From IMG/VR virus record IMGVR_UViG_3300043411_001314, positions 53,503 to 117,502 of that record: DNA of 64,000 nucleotides. One strand, written 5' to 3'. How positions within the stretch are numbered: the stretch's first letter is position 1; each line of letters begins with the position of its first letter. Source of the stretch: a virus. Shown here one piece after another: positions 37,143-46,888 of the stretch. The position numbers and the translations under genes were made by a program. Below the pieces are notes generated by a model. That model was not told the DNA's origin, did no database searches, and saw nothing but the letters and a program-made list of their open reading frames with translations.

Positions 37143-37358
37143 GGGGTGACCTTTCCTTCGAGTTCAGTGATGGTGTTCTCGAGTTCGACGATGGTCTTCA
37201 GGAGAGCGTCGATGTGCTCCTCGCGATGGAACACGCGCTGCTCGGAGTCTCGGAGTCGAGCTTCGACCCGGGTGAGGTCGTTCATCAGGGTGTCGATGTG
37301 GTCTCGCAGCAGCCACACCTCACTGGATACCCGGTCGGATGGTCCATCTTCGTGGTCA

Positions 37359-37538
37359 TCAGTCCTCCTTGCCGGTGTAGTAGCGGGGTTCCTGAGCCTC
37401 GTCGTAGATCGCCTGCAGGTCGTAGCTGGCGGTGACGAGGTCCTGCAGCATCTTCGGGTCATCGACCAGATGTCTGGCCACGGACTGAAGATCGGCGATC
37501 ACGTCCTGGATTCGTTGGATGATCTCGTCGGTGTCCAT
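37359..37538 (-). CDS. hypothetical protein
   Basis: TGATG coupling (MDTDEII...), 59 aa. Confidence 0.6.
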   Translation of the reverse strand: MDTDEIIQRIQDVIADLQSVARHLVDDPKMLQDLVTASYDLQAIYDEAQEPRYYTGKED

Positions 37539-38731
37539 CAGAGCTTCCCACTCCTTGCGAGATCGACGAGCGACGCGGGCCGGGGCAGCCCGTACGCCTC
37601 TCGCTGTACCTGGTCGTTCAGTTCGTCGATGCGCCGGAGGGTGTCCTCGACGGCACGCAGGTCCCGACCCGAGGCCCGCTTCTCCAAGTCGACGGCGCTG
37701 AGGGCCGCCTTCTTGAGCTTGCCCATGATGGCCACGGCCATCTGGTTGCGCTTCGGGTCAGCGTCGTCGAGAGCCAGGGCATCGGTCAGGTCGGTGAGCA
37801 GGCCGGCGGTGGCGTCGGCGAGCTCGTTTGCTTCCTTGCGGAGCGGGGCGCACGCCTCGTACACGATCCCGTTGACAGTGGACCGCTCCTCAGGGTTGTG
37901 CCACAGCATGTGGACCATGAAGTCCAGGTGACCCACCTCGACCTTGTCGTCGCCGGCGAGGAAGGCAGCGGCCTGGGCGATCCGCAGGGTCTTGACGAGC
38001 CGTCGTTCCGACACGTTGATCCCAGCCCGGGTGACACCGGTGACGATCCCGACGATCGCCTCCTCGGCGGCCGGGGTGATCGGGATGTCCCGCACCACGG
38101 CCTGCGCAGCCTTCACGTCGGCCCAGTCCAGGACCGGGGTGATGTTCGCCGGCGGCTTGGGGAGCCGCAGGAGCCGCAGCCGATCGGCCGGGTCGGTGAT
38201 CGGGGAGACCACCATCCGCAACTCGATGCGGTCGTAGATGGCCTCGAGCTCGGAGTGATCCTGCTGGGGGAGCTCGTTGGATGCGAGGATCGCCGTGCAG
38301 AGCGGGATCTTCTTGGTGAGGCCGTCGTCGGTGAAGGTCCGCTCGTTCGTCGCCTCCAGCAAGGCGTTGAGCAGCGACGATGTGCCTTTCCAAGCCTCGT
38401 CGAAGAAGGCGAAGTCAGCGTCCTGCAGGTACCGCCCCGAGACGGCCCGGATCCGCTGGTCGTTCTTCAGGCCGGCCAGCGACCAGGGCCCGAAGATGAG
38501 GGTGTCGTCGGCGAACTTGGTGAACAGTGCCCGGAACTGCTTGCTCCCGCCGATGAGGGCGTGGGCCAGGTTGGCCAGCATCGACTTGCCCGTACCGGGC
38601 TGGCCGAGCAGGAAGATGTGGGACTCCGACAGGAGCGCCAGGAACAGGGCGTCGATCTCGTCGTCGCGGTTGATGATGTACTTGTTGAGCTCCGTGCGCA
38701 GCGGCACGAAGATGGACGCGTCAACGGACAC
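37538..38731 (-). CDS. MoxR/RavA-like AAA+ ATPase
   Basis: HIFLLGQPGTGKS, FFDEAWK, LLNALL...NER, ASNELP, AIYDR, SERR. Confidence 0.9.
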   Translation of the reverse strand: MSVDASIFVPLRTELNKYIINRDDEIDALFLALLSESHIFLLGQPGTGKSMLANLAHALIGGSKQFRALFTKFADDTLIFGPWSLAGLKNDQRIRAVSGRYLQDADFAFFDEAWKGTSSLLNALLEATNERTFTDDGLTKKIPLCTAILASNELPQQDHSELEAIYDRIELRMVVSPITDPADRLRLLRLPKPPANITPVLDWADVKAAQAVVRDIPITPAAEEAIVGIVTGVTRAGINVSERRLVKTLRIAQAAAFLAGDDKVEVGHLDFMVHMLWHNPEERSTVNGIVYEACAPLRKEANELADATAGLLTDLTDALALDDADPKRNQMAVAIMGKLKKAALSAVDLEKRASGRDLRAVEDTLRRIDELNDQVQREAYGLPRPASLVDLARSGKL

Positions 38732-38796
38732 GGTTCCTCCAGTTGGGTTGGGGCAGGGCGCAGCGCCCGGTGGTCACCCACCGGGCGCTGCAGGTC

Positions 38797-39630
38797 TCAG
38801 GCAGCCGTGGCGGCCAGGGCCCTGTCGAGCAGGGCGTCGAGGTCGAGGCCGGCGCTGGCAGTAGCAGCGGGGGCGTCGGCCGGGGCGTCACCGGTGGCTT
38901 CGGCGGCCACCTGGTCGATGGCGGCAGCCACGTCGAACGACAGCACCCCGGGATCCCAGTCCTCGAGGTGGCCATCCACGAACTGCGCCAGCTTGCCGAC
39001 GGTGGACTCGGCCACGTCGACCTCGATGACGTCACGATCAGCCAGGTCGTCGGGGTGGGCAAGCTCCTCCAGCACGAGCTGGCCGCCCCACACGCCGAGC
39101 CGGTACAGGCTGGGCGTGCCACGCAGTAGCAGCCGGCCCATCAGGACGACGTCGTTGCGCTTCGAGATGAGCTCACGCCAGACGGCGTACATCTCGACGT
39201 CGCGATCGGACACCTTCGAGCGGGTCTTGGAGGGGCGGAGGCGGTACGTCTTACCGGACGGCAGGACCTCGTTGTCCACCTGGTCGGCGGGGTACACGCT
39301 CAGTTCGAGCCGGCCCGTCTCCTTGCCGCCGGCCTTGGCGGTGGCGACCTTCTCGGCGTCGACCTTCACCAGCGTGCCGTCGGGCATCTCGCGGGCCCGG
39401 GCCACGTCGGCCGGCAGGTACGGGCCGTGCTTCTCGTCGTCGGGGCAGATGTAGCGCTGCTCCACCCGGACCGGGGTGGCGTGATCCTCGGGGCACACCA
39501 TGCGGGTGGCCGAGTCCTCGACCTTCTTGGGGCGACCTGTGGGCACCAGGTCGAACTTCATCTCGATGATGCCGATCGAAATCGACACCCCGGAGCCACC
39601 GGACCGTTGGGCTGTTGGTTCGTAACGCAT
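38797..39630 (-). CDS. ku: Ku-like DNA end-binding protein
   Basis: ISIGII...RVEQRYICP...VARAREM..GTLVKV...YRLRP...LEELAHPDD pattern of prokaryotic Ku core. Confidence 0.72.
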   Translation of the reverse strand: MRYEPTAQRSGGSGVSISIGIIEMKFDLVPTGRPKKVEDSATRMVCPEDHATPVRVEQRYICPDDEKHGPYLPADVARAREMPDGTLVKVDAEKVATAKAGGKETGRLELSVYPADQVDNEVLPSGKTYRLRPSKTRSKVSDRDVEMYAVWRELISKRNDVVLMGRLLLRGTPSLYRLGVWGGQLVLEELAHPDDLADRDVIEVDVAESTVGKLAQFVDGHLEDWDPGVLSFDVAAAIDQVAAEATGDAPADAPAATASAGLDLDALLDRALAATAA

Positions 39631-39645
39631 GCTTTCTCCTTGGGG

Positions 39646-39930
39646 TCAGGAGTCCTGGTCGAACTCGATCCATGGAAGCGGGATCCTCGTGTAGACGGCT
39701 CCGATGACCAGCCGCTGCTGGTTCTCGTCGATCAGGTACTTGATGGTGAACGAGTCGACGTTGAGCGGTTCCAGGGCGTGGGAGCCCAGGTATTCAGCGA
39801 CGGACTGGAACAACACCGCTTCGGGTCGCTCGAACCCATCACACGGCACAGTGAACTCGATCATCGTCGGTCGATCCGAGATGATGGACACCATCACCTC
39901 GGGGTTGCTGAGATCAAACATGATCCTCAT
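39646..39930 (-). CDS. hypothetical protein
   Basis: Short ORF overlapping upstream stop. Confidence 0.6.
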   Translation of the reverse strand: MRIMFDLSNPEVMVSIISDRPTMIEFTVPCDGFERPEAVLFQSVAEYLGSHALEPLNVDSFTIKYLIDENQQRLVIGAVYTRIPLPWIEFDQDS

Positions 39931-40189
39931 CTTCCTGCGGCCAGCGGACCCAGAGCCCGTGGACGCCCTTGATTGTGCGGTTCTCGATATCGACGTTGCT
40001 GTCGGCGTACGCCTTTCGGGTGGAGTCGGCGGCGTACTTGGCTGCTCCGGAGCTCTTGTAGGAGAACACCAGACACCAGCTACCCGAGTGGCCCCGGGCT
40101 TCTTCGATGTTGCCCAGGACTGCTTCCGCCTCCTCCGTCTTCTTGCCCCACTTCGGTGGGAGTGTTTCACGCACTTCAAGGATGGCCAT
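39914..40189 (-). CDS. hypothetical protein
   Basis: GAAAGGAA RBS. Confidence 0.7.
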   Translation of the reverse strand: MAILEVRETLPPKWGKKTEEAEAVLGNIEEARGHSGSWCLVFSYKSSGAAKYAADSTRKAYADSNVDIENRTIKGVHGLWVRWPQEDEDHV

Positions 40190-40234
40190 GAAGTTTCCTT
40201 TCGTTCGTCGAGGACTGGGACCGTAGCACGGGAG

Positions 40235-41443
40235 TCACGCCGTCCGCACGGGCATCAGGAGCCGGCGGGACCGTTCCTGGTTGGCACCCTCGGTGCAGCC
40301 CAGGTGACGGTCGCTGACCACCGGCCTCAAGGCGTCGATGCCGTCGATGGCGACGATGCCGTTCGGGTCGGGGAGCGCCCCGTCGAGGACGTCCAGCAGG
40401 AAGTCGGGGTTGAACCCGATGACCACGCTGTCGTCGCGGAACTTCACACCGGGCAGCGGCACCCTCCCGCTGAGGCCGTTGATCCCGCCTCGGAGCTCGA
40501 CGGTCTTGTCGTCGAGCTCGCACACCACCACCGGGGTGTTCGCCTCGAGCCCGCCGGCCAGGGCCTTGACGCCGGCGACGAACGCATCACGAGGGCCCTC
40601 CAACCGCCACCGCATGTCCTCGGCGGGGGGCATCAGCTTCTCGAAGTTGGGGAACTCACCTTCGACGAGCCGGCAAGTCACATCCCAGCGGCCGTCGCTG
40701 GCGTCGGTCCACCGGAAGGAGCAGTGGTTGTCGCTCCGGTCGACCCACACCGACGGGGTCTTGCCGGCCAGCTTCACCATCACGGTGATGCCACCCACCG
40801 GCACCAGCATCCCGTCCTCGTCGGCGACCGGGCTGGTGAGCACGTTCTCGACGAGGTGGTACGAGTCGGTGGCCACCAGGCTGGTTCCCTTGAACAGGAC
40901 ACAGTTCAGGATGGGCCGGGCCGTGTCCGCCGAAGCGAACTTGGCCGTGTCGCAGAGCACGTCGACCGAGAGCGAGCCCTGGCCGGCGATCGGGGAGACG
41001 GGCAGGGCCGGGTACTCCTCGGCGGGGTGACGGTGGATCGGGATGGATGCCAGCCCGACGGTGACGGTGACGGCGTCCTCGTTCCACGACGTTTTGCCGC
41101 CGAGCTCGAAGGTGACCGGCCCGAACTTGGCTCCCCGCACCTGCTTCAGCGCGTCGGCGAGAGGCTTGCGGGCGATCACCACCGGGCCGGTTAGGTCGAG
41201 GAGGTCGGGGTCCGCCGCAGGCACCTCGACCCGGACCGTGGTCTCGAGGTCGGTGATGGTGAACAGCACCCGGCCCGGGTCGTCGGCGGGCTCGACCTTG
41301 ATCGAGTTAAGCACCGGCATGTAGGTGTTCCGGCTCAGCTTCGTGGTGGACGACAGCAGCTTCTTCAGCCAGGGCCCGTCCACGGCGAAGGTCTCACCGG
41401 TCCGGGGGTCGACGTCCGTGGGGTTGTCTTCGACGATGGTCAT
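40235..41443 (-). CDS. dnaN: DNA polymerase III beta sliding clamp-like
   Basis: PVLNSI, TDLE, EEYPALP, ARPILNCV, VATDSYHL, EGEFPNF, IGFNPDFLLDVL, LLMPVR. Confidence 0.92.
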   Translation of the reverse strand: MTIVEDNPTDVDPRTGETFAVDGPWLKKLLSSTTKLSRNTYMPVLNSIKVEPADDPGRVLFTITDLETTVRVEVPAADPDLLDLTGPVVIARKPLADALKQVRGAKFGPVTFELGGKTSWNEDAVTVTVGLASIPIHRHPAEEYPALPVSPIAGQGSLSVDVLCDTAKFASADTARPILNCVLFKGTSLVATDSYHLVENVLTSPVADEDGMLVPVGGITVMVKLAGKTPSVWVDRSDNHCSFRWTDASDGRWDVTCRLVEGEFPNFEKLMPPAEDMRWRLEGPRDAFVAGVKALAGGLEANTPVVVCELDDKTVELRGGINGLSGRVPLPGVKFRDDSVVIGFNPDFLLDVLDGALPDPNGIVAIDGIDALRPVVSDRHLGCTEGANQERSRRLLMPVRTA

Positions 41444-41452
41444 GTGTTCCTC

Positions 41453-41941
41453 CTAGATGTCCCCGCCCATTTGGGCGTAGTGCTCGGTTGCTTCGTTGAT
41501 GTTCATCAGTCGGGCGAAGCCCGGGTTCCTCAACCGCCGGCCGTCGAAGAAGTCCCAGTGGGCTACCTCGTAGAACGGCGGCTCGTCCATCAGCCGCATG
41601 ATGAGGTACTCGTCGCGGGCAGTGTCGTCGCAGTACACGCAGGAGGCGATGACGATGCCATCGTCCAGCGTCGCCCCCGGCCGGGTGAGCCTGCGGACCT
41701 CAGCCCACTCCTGTCGGTCAGCCAGGGCGGTCAGGCGCCCACTCTCGTAGGCGAAGCTGCGAGCTTGGGCCCGGAGCAGCTCCTTGGGCGCGGGCCCACT
41801 GCTGAGGCTGTCAGCGATCACTCGAGCGTTGTCGATGCAGTCCGTCAGCTCCTGATCGAAGTTGGACTGGTCTGCGTTGCAGGCGGCGTGTACGTCCTTG
41901 ATCGCCTTGGCCATCACGTCGGCGGGTGTGCTGTATCCCAT
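41453..41941 (-). CDS. hypothetical protein
   Basis: GAAAGGAA RBS before MGYST. Confidence 0.65.
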   Translation of the reverse strand: MGYSTPADVMAKAIKDVHAACNADQSNFDQELTDCIDNARVIADSLSSGPAPKELLRAQARSFAYESGRLTALADRQEWAEVRRLTRPGATLDDGIVIASCVYCDDTARDEYLIMRLMDEPPFYEVAHWDFFDGRRLRNPGFARLMNINEATEHYAQMGGDI

Positions 41942-41978
41942 TGTCCCGTTCCTTTCATTGGTCATGGGTGGTCTTCGA

Positions 41979-42155
41979 TCACGTCGGGTACCCGACCCAC
42001 TCGATGAGCATCGCTGCGAACTCCATGAAGTCGTTGGGGTTCCCCCACTGTGTGCCGAAGGAGGGATCCTCGTAGGAGTTCTCGATGATGAACTCCGACA
42101 TGAGCTTGATCGCCGCCTCGGGGTCCATCCGAACGTCACCCTCACCCACGGACAT
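41979..42155 (-). CDS. hypothetical protein
   Basis: TGATG coupling, 58 aa. Confidence 0.5.
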   Translation of the reverse strand: MSVGEGDVRMDPEAAIKLMSEFIIENSYEDPSFGTQWGNPNDFMEFAAMLIEWVGYPT

Positions 42156-42775
42156 CACACGCCCCCCACGGCCAGGAGGGCATCGGTGGCCAGGTTGATC
42201 TGCTCGGTGCCGTCCATCAGGTACTCGGCGGCGGTGTTGATCAGGTCAGCATCCATCATGGCCGTCCCGTCGATACAGAAGGCCGCGCCGGTGCTGTACA
42301 GGCGCAGCGCTTCCTGCCAGTGACCGTTGACGGTGTCCTCGGGGATGGGGGGCAGGGCCTTGGCCTCGTCGATCACGTTCCGGAAGTCTCGGCACGCCTC
42401 ACCCAGCAGCGTGGGTGACCCGATGCCGGCGGCAGTGGACACGTCCTCCATGCCACTGATGAGCTGATCGAAGATGACGCCGTTCTCGGCATGCCACACG
42501 CCGAGCTGGTCGGACGTGGACAGGGTGGTCGTGGTTCGCTCGGTGGTGGGTGGTGTCGTCGTCGAGGTGACGGCGACGGCTTCGGTGGTCGAGGTGACCG
42601 GGGCGGCGGCGCGGATGCTGGCCTCGTCACCGTCGTCACCGAGGGCGCCGGCGACGAAGACCACGATGACCACGGCGGCGACGACCCAGGGCCAGCGGCG
42701 CTTCTTCTTCTGGGCGAAGGATGCCGGCGGGGGCAGGAAGCCTGGCGGGAGGGGCGGGGGTGGGAAGTTGCTCAT
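42155..42775 (-). CDS. membrane-anchored protein
   Basis: Pro-rich N-terminus, KKKRRWPW plus TM helix, Thr-rich linker, helical domain with two Cys. Confidence 0.8.
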   Translation of the reverse strand: MSNFPPPPLPPGFLPPPASFAQKKKRRWPWVVAAVVIVVFVAGALGDDGDEASIRAAAPVTSTTEAVAVTSTTTPPTTERTTTTLSTSDQLGVWHAENGVIFDQLISGMEDVSTAAGIGSPTLLGEACRDFRNVIDEAKALPPIPEDTVNGHWQEALRLYSTGAAFCIDGTAMMDADLINTAAEYLMDGTEQINLATDALLAVGGV

Positions 42776-43164
42776 GGGTTGGTCCTCTCGGGGTTGATGT
42801 TTCCGTCAGTGATGTACAGATCCCTCACGTACTCGACGTGGGCGGTGTAGTCGTAGCGGTCGTCGTCGTCGCGATCCCAGCGGACCCAGACGAACCCGAA
42901 CGCAGGGGGGGTCGTTCCGTACGGCGTCGGGATCACGGTCCCGTAACGGCGCTCCCCGGCGGGGCCAGGACTCGTCCCGACTCGGGCGCCGATGACCGGC
43001 ACTCGAAGGGACCGGGGGGTGCGCATCTTACGATCGACGGCCGAGCGGAACGCCGCCGCCAGGTCAGGCCAGAGTTGCTCTTCGCGGGCCTCGAACCATG
43101 ACGTGACGACCTCGTCGATCCATCGCCTGTCTTGCGCCTTGTCTTCGGGGGTGAAGTTTTCCAT
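42772..43164 (-). CDS. hypothetical protein
   Basis: GAAAGGAA RBS; SH3-like C-terminus. Confidence 0.65.
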   Translation of the reverse strand: MENFTPEDKAQDRRWIDEVVTSWFEAREEQLWPDLAAAFRSAVDRKMRTPRSLRVPVIGARVGTSPGPAGERRYGTVIPTPYGTTPPAFGFVWVRWDRDDDDRYDYTAHVEYVRDLYITDGNINPERTNP

Positions 43165-43292
43165 GTGTTCCTTTCGGGACGCGTTCGTTCGTGACGGGAG
43201 GGTTTGGGGGCGGGGTCCTTGGGCAATACCATCATCGCCTTTGACGCTCCGTGGAGCGCAGGCACCCCTTCACCGGCAAAGGAGGAAACCGG

Positions 43293-43322
43293 CTAGCCCC
43301 CAGACTTGGGCCTGGGGGCCAG
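43293..43322 (-). terminator. terminator-like hairpin
   Basis: CTGGCCCCCAG...CTGGGGGCTAG directly after stop, pyrimidine-rich tail. Confidence 0.55.
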
Positions 43323-43324
43323 GC

Positions 43325-43717
43325 TTAGGTGTGCTCGACCACCACGGTCGGGTCGAGGTGGCCGATGTACCACTCGCTGCCGTCCTCGGCGATCACCCAG
43401 GTCGAGTTCTTCGCCACATGCTTGACCTCGGTGACCAGGAAGGAGATGCGGCCCTGCTGGTCGGGGGTGTCGATCTCGACGCGGCTGCCGCGGCGGATGC
43501 CATGAGGGTTGTCGTGGTCGACGAGCCAGGACTCATACGCCCCTTCGAGGGCGGCCTCGAGGTCGACGGGGCTTCCGCCGTGCCAGGTGGGCCGGTCCTC
43601 CCTCTGGTACCAGTCGCCCTCGAAGTACTCGTAGTCGGAGTCGGCCGCCCACTCCTCGATCGTCTCGTAGCCCTCGCTGAGCATCCAGTCGAGCGCCGTC
43701 ATCTCGTTGATGGTCAT
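43325..43717 (-). CDS. hypothetical protein
   Basis: ATGA coupling (MTINEM...). Confidence 0.7.
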   Translation of the reverse strand: MTINEMTALDWMLSEGYETIEEWAADSDYEYFEGDWYQREDRPTWHGGSPVDLEAALEGAYESWLVDHDNPHGIRRGSRVEIDTPDQQGRISFLVTEVKHVAKNSTWVIAEDGSEWYIGHLDPTVVVEHT

Positions 43718-44355
43718 GGTGTGTGTACCCCTTCTTCGCCGTTGTTGTTGTCGCAGCAGGCGTCGCCGCCAGTGTCGCCGATCCAGGCACCGTTCCGTTT
43801 GATGATCCGAGTCAAACACCGGGCGCATTTGCGCTGGTCGCCGCCCCGCCACCGGCCATAGAACAGGTCTTCGTCGACGAGAGCCAGCAGATCCGTCGGG
43901 GACAGCACGTCGAAGCCGAGGTAGGAGATGTCGAAGCTGTCGGCCAGAGCGTAGACCCGGAAGCCAACAGGGAGTCCCTCGACCCCAGCGATCATATAGA
44001 TGGAGTCGATGGGAAGGCGGGGCCCAGCATGGGCGGTCTCTTTGCCGCCGTAGCCGAGTGTGGCTTTGCCTGCATCCAGAAAGGTCGAGGGCCAACCGTC
44101 TTCGATCTCGTTGGCTACCTCCCAAGTCACCAACCGGGCCGGGATCCCGGTCATGCGGGTGAACTCTTTCTCGATGCGTTCCCAGCGTGTCTCGCCGCTT
44201 GTGCGGCGGATGAAGATGTTGCGGAACCGCGGACCGTTGCGTTGGGCCGGCAGGAGAGCCTGATCCTGGTCGTTGTCGGGAAGATCCCCGAAGAACCAGG
44301 ATTCCAGCCGCTCGTTCATGGCGGCCGCTTGGATGTGGGCTACTGCTAGATCCAT
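43714..44355 (-). CDS. hypothetical protein
   Basis: 213-aa coupled ORF. Confidence 0.6.
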   Translation of the reverse strand: MDLAVAHIQAAAMNERLESWFFGDLPDNDQDQALLPAQRNGPRFRNIFIRRTSGETRWERIEKEFTRMTGIPARLVTWEVANEIEDGWPSTFLDAGKATLGYGGKETAHAGPRLPIDSIYMIAGVEGLPVGFRVYALADSFDISYLGFDVLSPTDLLALVDEDLFYGRWRGGDQRKCARCLTRIIKRNGAWIGDTGGDACCDNNNGEEGVHTP

Positions 44356-44783
44356 AGCTCGCCGTCCTCCTCGTCGTCCTCATCCTCGTCGTCACCGGCG
44401 CCGGTCTCGATGATGGTCGGGCCCAGGTGGACGTCGCCGGTCTCGGTGTCGTGCCAGCACTCAGCCGGCTCCTGCAGGTCGATGAGCATGAGGTCGAGGC
44501 GCTCGCCCTCCACCAGGCCCACCGGGACGAGGCCGAGCAGGCCAGCGTCGACCGGGTACTTGTTGCCGAGTTGATCGGTGTACACGCCGTCGCCGTGGGC
44601 CGTAGCCACGCCGACCACCTGGTAGCCGTTGACTGTGCCGGCCAGGACGTGCTCTCGGGCGTCGTTGGTGTAGTCGGATGCTCCCAACCACTCCATCCAG
44701 AGATCCCGGGGGACCGCGTAGCACGGGTCCCCGATGTAGTACCGCCCGGCCGGGACGGTCACTCGCTTCACCACGTCACCCAT
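44346..44783 (-). CDS. hypothetical phage protein
   Basis: YYIGDPCY...TAHGDGVY...VDAGLLG motif. Confidence 0.8.
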   Translation of the reverse strand: MGDVVKRVTVPAGRYYIGDPCYAVPRDLWMEWLGASDYTNDAREHVLAGTVNGYQVVGVATAHGDGVYTDQLGNKYPVDAGLLGLVPVGLVEGERLDLMLIDLQEPAECWHDTETGDVHLGPTIIETGAGDDEDEDDEEDGELWI

Positions 44784-45282
44784 TGGATGCCTCCTGTTGT
44801 TCGGCCCGAAGTCGGGCGGACAGTTCGTTGATTGTGTCGCCCCACGGGATGCCGAGCAGGTAGTGGATGCGCCGCTCGAGTTCGACCTTGGACAGCTTGA
44901 TGAAGTTCAGGACCTCGTCACGGCTGTACACGGCGTTGCCGTTGTCGTCGCAGGACTGGCGCCAGAGGCCGAGGTTGGGGTGGTACTTCATCGCCTCGCC
45001 AAGCCACTCGTACCCGCCACCCTCGTAGCCATAGAACACGGCGTGGGGAGCCAAGTCGACCAACGGGACCAGGTACTCACCGACGAAGCCGCAGCTGACC
45101 TGGTCGTCGCCGTACTGGGCGTCGGGCCCGACCTGCAACACCTTGTGGGGATCGGCGTCGCAGGCACCGAGCCAGGCCAGGCCAGTGTCCTCGATCACGG
45201 CGAGGATGGCCGCGGCCTCCTCGGGGTACTTCTCGGTGTCCAGTTGCACCACGGTGAACTGGCCCCACGTTCGATCACCCAT
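44776..45282 (-). CDS. hypothetical protein
   Basis: AGGAGG RBS (MGDRTW...). Confidence 0.7.
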   Translation of the reverse strand: MGDRTWGQFTVVQLDTEKYPEEAAAILAVIEDTGLAWLGACDADPHKVLQVGPDAQYGDDQVSCGFVGEYLVPLVDLAPHAVFYGYEGGGYEWLGEAMKYHPNLGLWRQSCDDNGNAVYSRDEVLNFIKLSKVELERRIHYLLGIPWGDTINELSARLRAEQQEASNG

Positions 45283-45541
45283 TGTCTTCCTCCTTGGTCG
45301 GGCCGCTGACGAGCTCCCGAGCATCAGAGATGAGGCTGTGGAGCATGTCGTAGGCGTCGTCGTTCTCCATCTCCCATTCCTCGCCATCCTTGCGGCACGC
45401 GGCGACCTCGCGGGCGAAGGCTCGCAGCGGATCGGGGACATAGCGTTCGAGGACCTCACGGATCTCAGCGGCCATCTTGGAGTGGTCGAGGCCCTCGACG
45501 AGGAACATCCCTTCGATCTGTTCGATTGGGGTGGCGATCAT
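45275..45541 (-). CDS. hypothetical protein
   Basis: ATGA coupling. Confidence 0.65.
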   Translation of the reverse strand: MIATPIEQIEGMFLVEGLDHSKMAAEIREVLERYVPDPLRAFAREVAACRKDGEEWEMENDDAYDMLHSLISDARELVSGPTKEEDNG

Positions 45542-45999
45542 GCGTCCCCCTCGACCCGCTGCTGCATGGCGGCGTGGGCGTCGGCGGCCCAGCGACCCGT
45601 GTTGATGTACTCGGTGGCGTGGCCCTTGGCGATCACCATCCCCCCACCTCCGAAGGCGTCGATCCGAGGCTTCGAGCAGGTGTTCGCCCACTCGAACGAC
45701 ACCACGTCGGGGGAGCCGGGCTGTTCGAGCAGCCACCGGACGGCGGCCTCAGCAGCGTCGGGGCTCGTCTCGCCGGCGTCGTCGGTGATCCACACCTCGG
45801 AGCCATGCTCCTCGATCGTCACCCCGTAAGGCATGTAGTCCTCAGTGAACACGGCGTTGCCGTCGTTCTCGTTGGCGTCTTCGATGATTTCGTTGAGTTC
45901 GTCGACGATGCGCCGAACATGGCCCTCGTCCTGGGCTTCGGTGTTCCCGTCCACGCAGAACGGGACCAGGAAGGAGAAGTGGGTGTAGTAGTCAGCCAT
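45538..45999 (-). CDS. hypothetical phage protein
   Basis: MADYYTHFS...WANTCSKPRIDAFGGG. Confidence 0.8.
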   Translation of the reverse strand: MADYYTHFSFLVPFCVDGNTEAQDEGHVRRIVDELNEIIEDANENDGNAVFTEDYMPYGVTIEEHGSEVWITDDAGETSPDAAEAAVRWLLEQPGSPDVVSFEWANTCSKPRIDAFGGGGMVIAKGHATEYINTGRWAADAHAAMQQRVEGDA

Positions 46000-46225
46000 C
46001 GGTGGCCTCCTCAGGTTCATGGCTGCACGGGCAGCCGCAGATGTCGGGGTCTTCGGACTCGCATTCGCCGTACTCGATGAACCCGCAGTCCGCCCGACAG
46101 AAAGGCATCGTCAGGTGGGTGAAGGTGCGGGGATCGGCGCCGGCCAGGATCTCGATGAGGGCGTGTCGGAGCGCCCCGATCTTGTCCTCGGCGTACTGCA
46201 GATCGTCGACGGTGTCGCAGCTCAT
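45992..46225 (-). CDS. Cys-rich hypothetical protein
   Basis: ATGA coupling; CGCPCSH. Confidence 0.6.
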   Translation of the reverse strand: MSCDTVDDLQYAEDKIGALRHALIEILAGADPRTFTHLTMPFCRADCGFIEYGECESEDPDICGCPCSHEPEEATDG

Positions 46226-46560
46226 CGGAGGCCCCGCAGCCAGTCCACCACAGCGTCGGTAAGGGCTTCTCGCCAGATCGGCCGGGACCCGGTGTCGAGG
46301 GGGGAGGGCATCGGGCCGTGCTCGATGATGTGAGCGACGTACGCCTCGCGGACCACGGTCTCCACGCCGAACGGCGCCATCCCGTAGCCGAGGATGTCGC
46401 ACGTCACGGCGCACGCCGACCGGAACGCCGCGTCGTTGACGCCCCGCCGGACGTCCTTGCCGAACTTCTCGTCGATGCAGGTGAGGTAGAGCGTCCAGAG
46501 CCGGATGGCAAGCCGTCGCTCGGTCGCTTCGTTGTAGTCGATGGGGGTGAATGGGGTCAT
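46222..46560 (-). CDS. hypothetical protein
   Basis: GGAGG RBS, coupled. Confidence 0.65.
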   Translation of the reverse strand: MTPFTPIDYNEATERRLAIRLWTLYLTCIDEKFGKDVRRGVNDAAFRSACAVTCDILGYGMAPFGVETVVREAYVAHIIEHGPMPSPLDTGSRPIWREALTDAVVDWLRGLR

Positions 46561-46874
46561 GGGACCTCCGTGGGTTCCTGCGGGATGGTGATGAGCTCGG
46601 GCATGGCGTGGCATGGGCAGTCGCGGTCGCAGCCGCCGCCCATCTCGAAGCGGTCCGGGTACAGCTCGCCGCCGGCCTTGAGGGTGCCAGATGGCACGAA
46701 GATGCAGCCGCAGGTTTCGCAGCCGTAGAGGTGAGCAGGCTCGGACCACGCCGACAGCCGTTCACCGACGAGCCGGTCGGCGTAGGTGAGAAACGGGTCA
46801 TCGTAGTTGATGGGGATCATGGGGGCCTCGTTCCAGTGGGCGATCTCGTCGAAGACGGTGAGGATGGGGCGCAT
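46557..46874 (-). CDS. Cys-rich hypothetical protein
   Basis: CETC...CDRDCPCH. Confidence 0.6.
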   Translation of the reverse strand: MRPILTVFDEIAHWNEAPMIPINYDDPFLTYADRLVGERLSAWSEPAHLYGCETCGCIFVPSGTLKAGGELYPDRFEMGGGCDRDCPCHAMPELITIPQEPTEVP

Positions 46875-46888
46875 GCCCCGGCGGGGGA

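Noticed and set aside
37139-37359. Programmed frameshift joining ATG 37359 to the coiled-coil ORF ending 37139
   Set aside because: No slippery heptamer; an indel or an internal GTG start is equally likely
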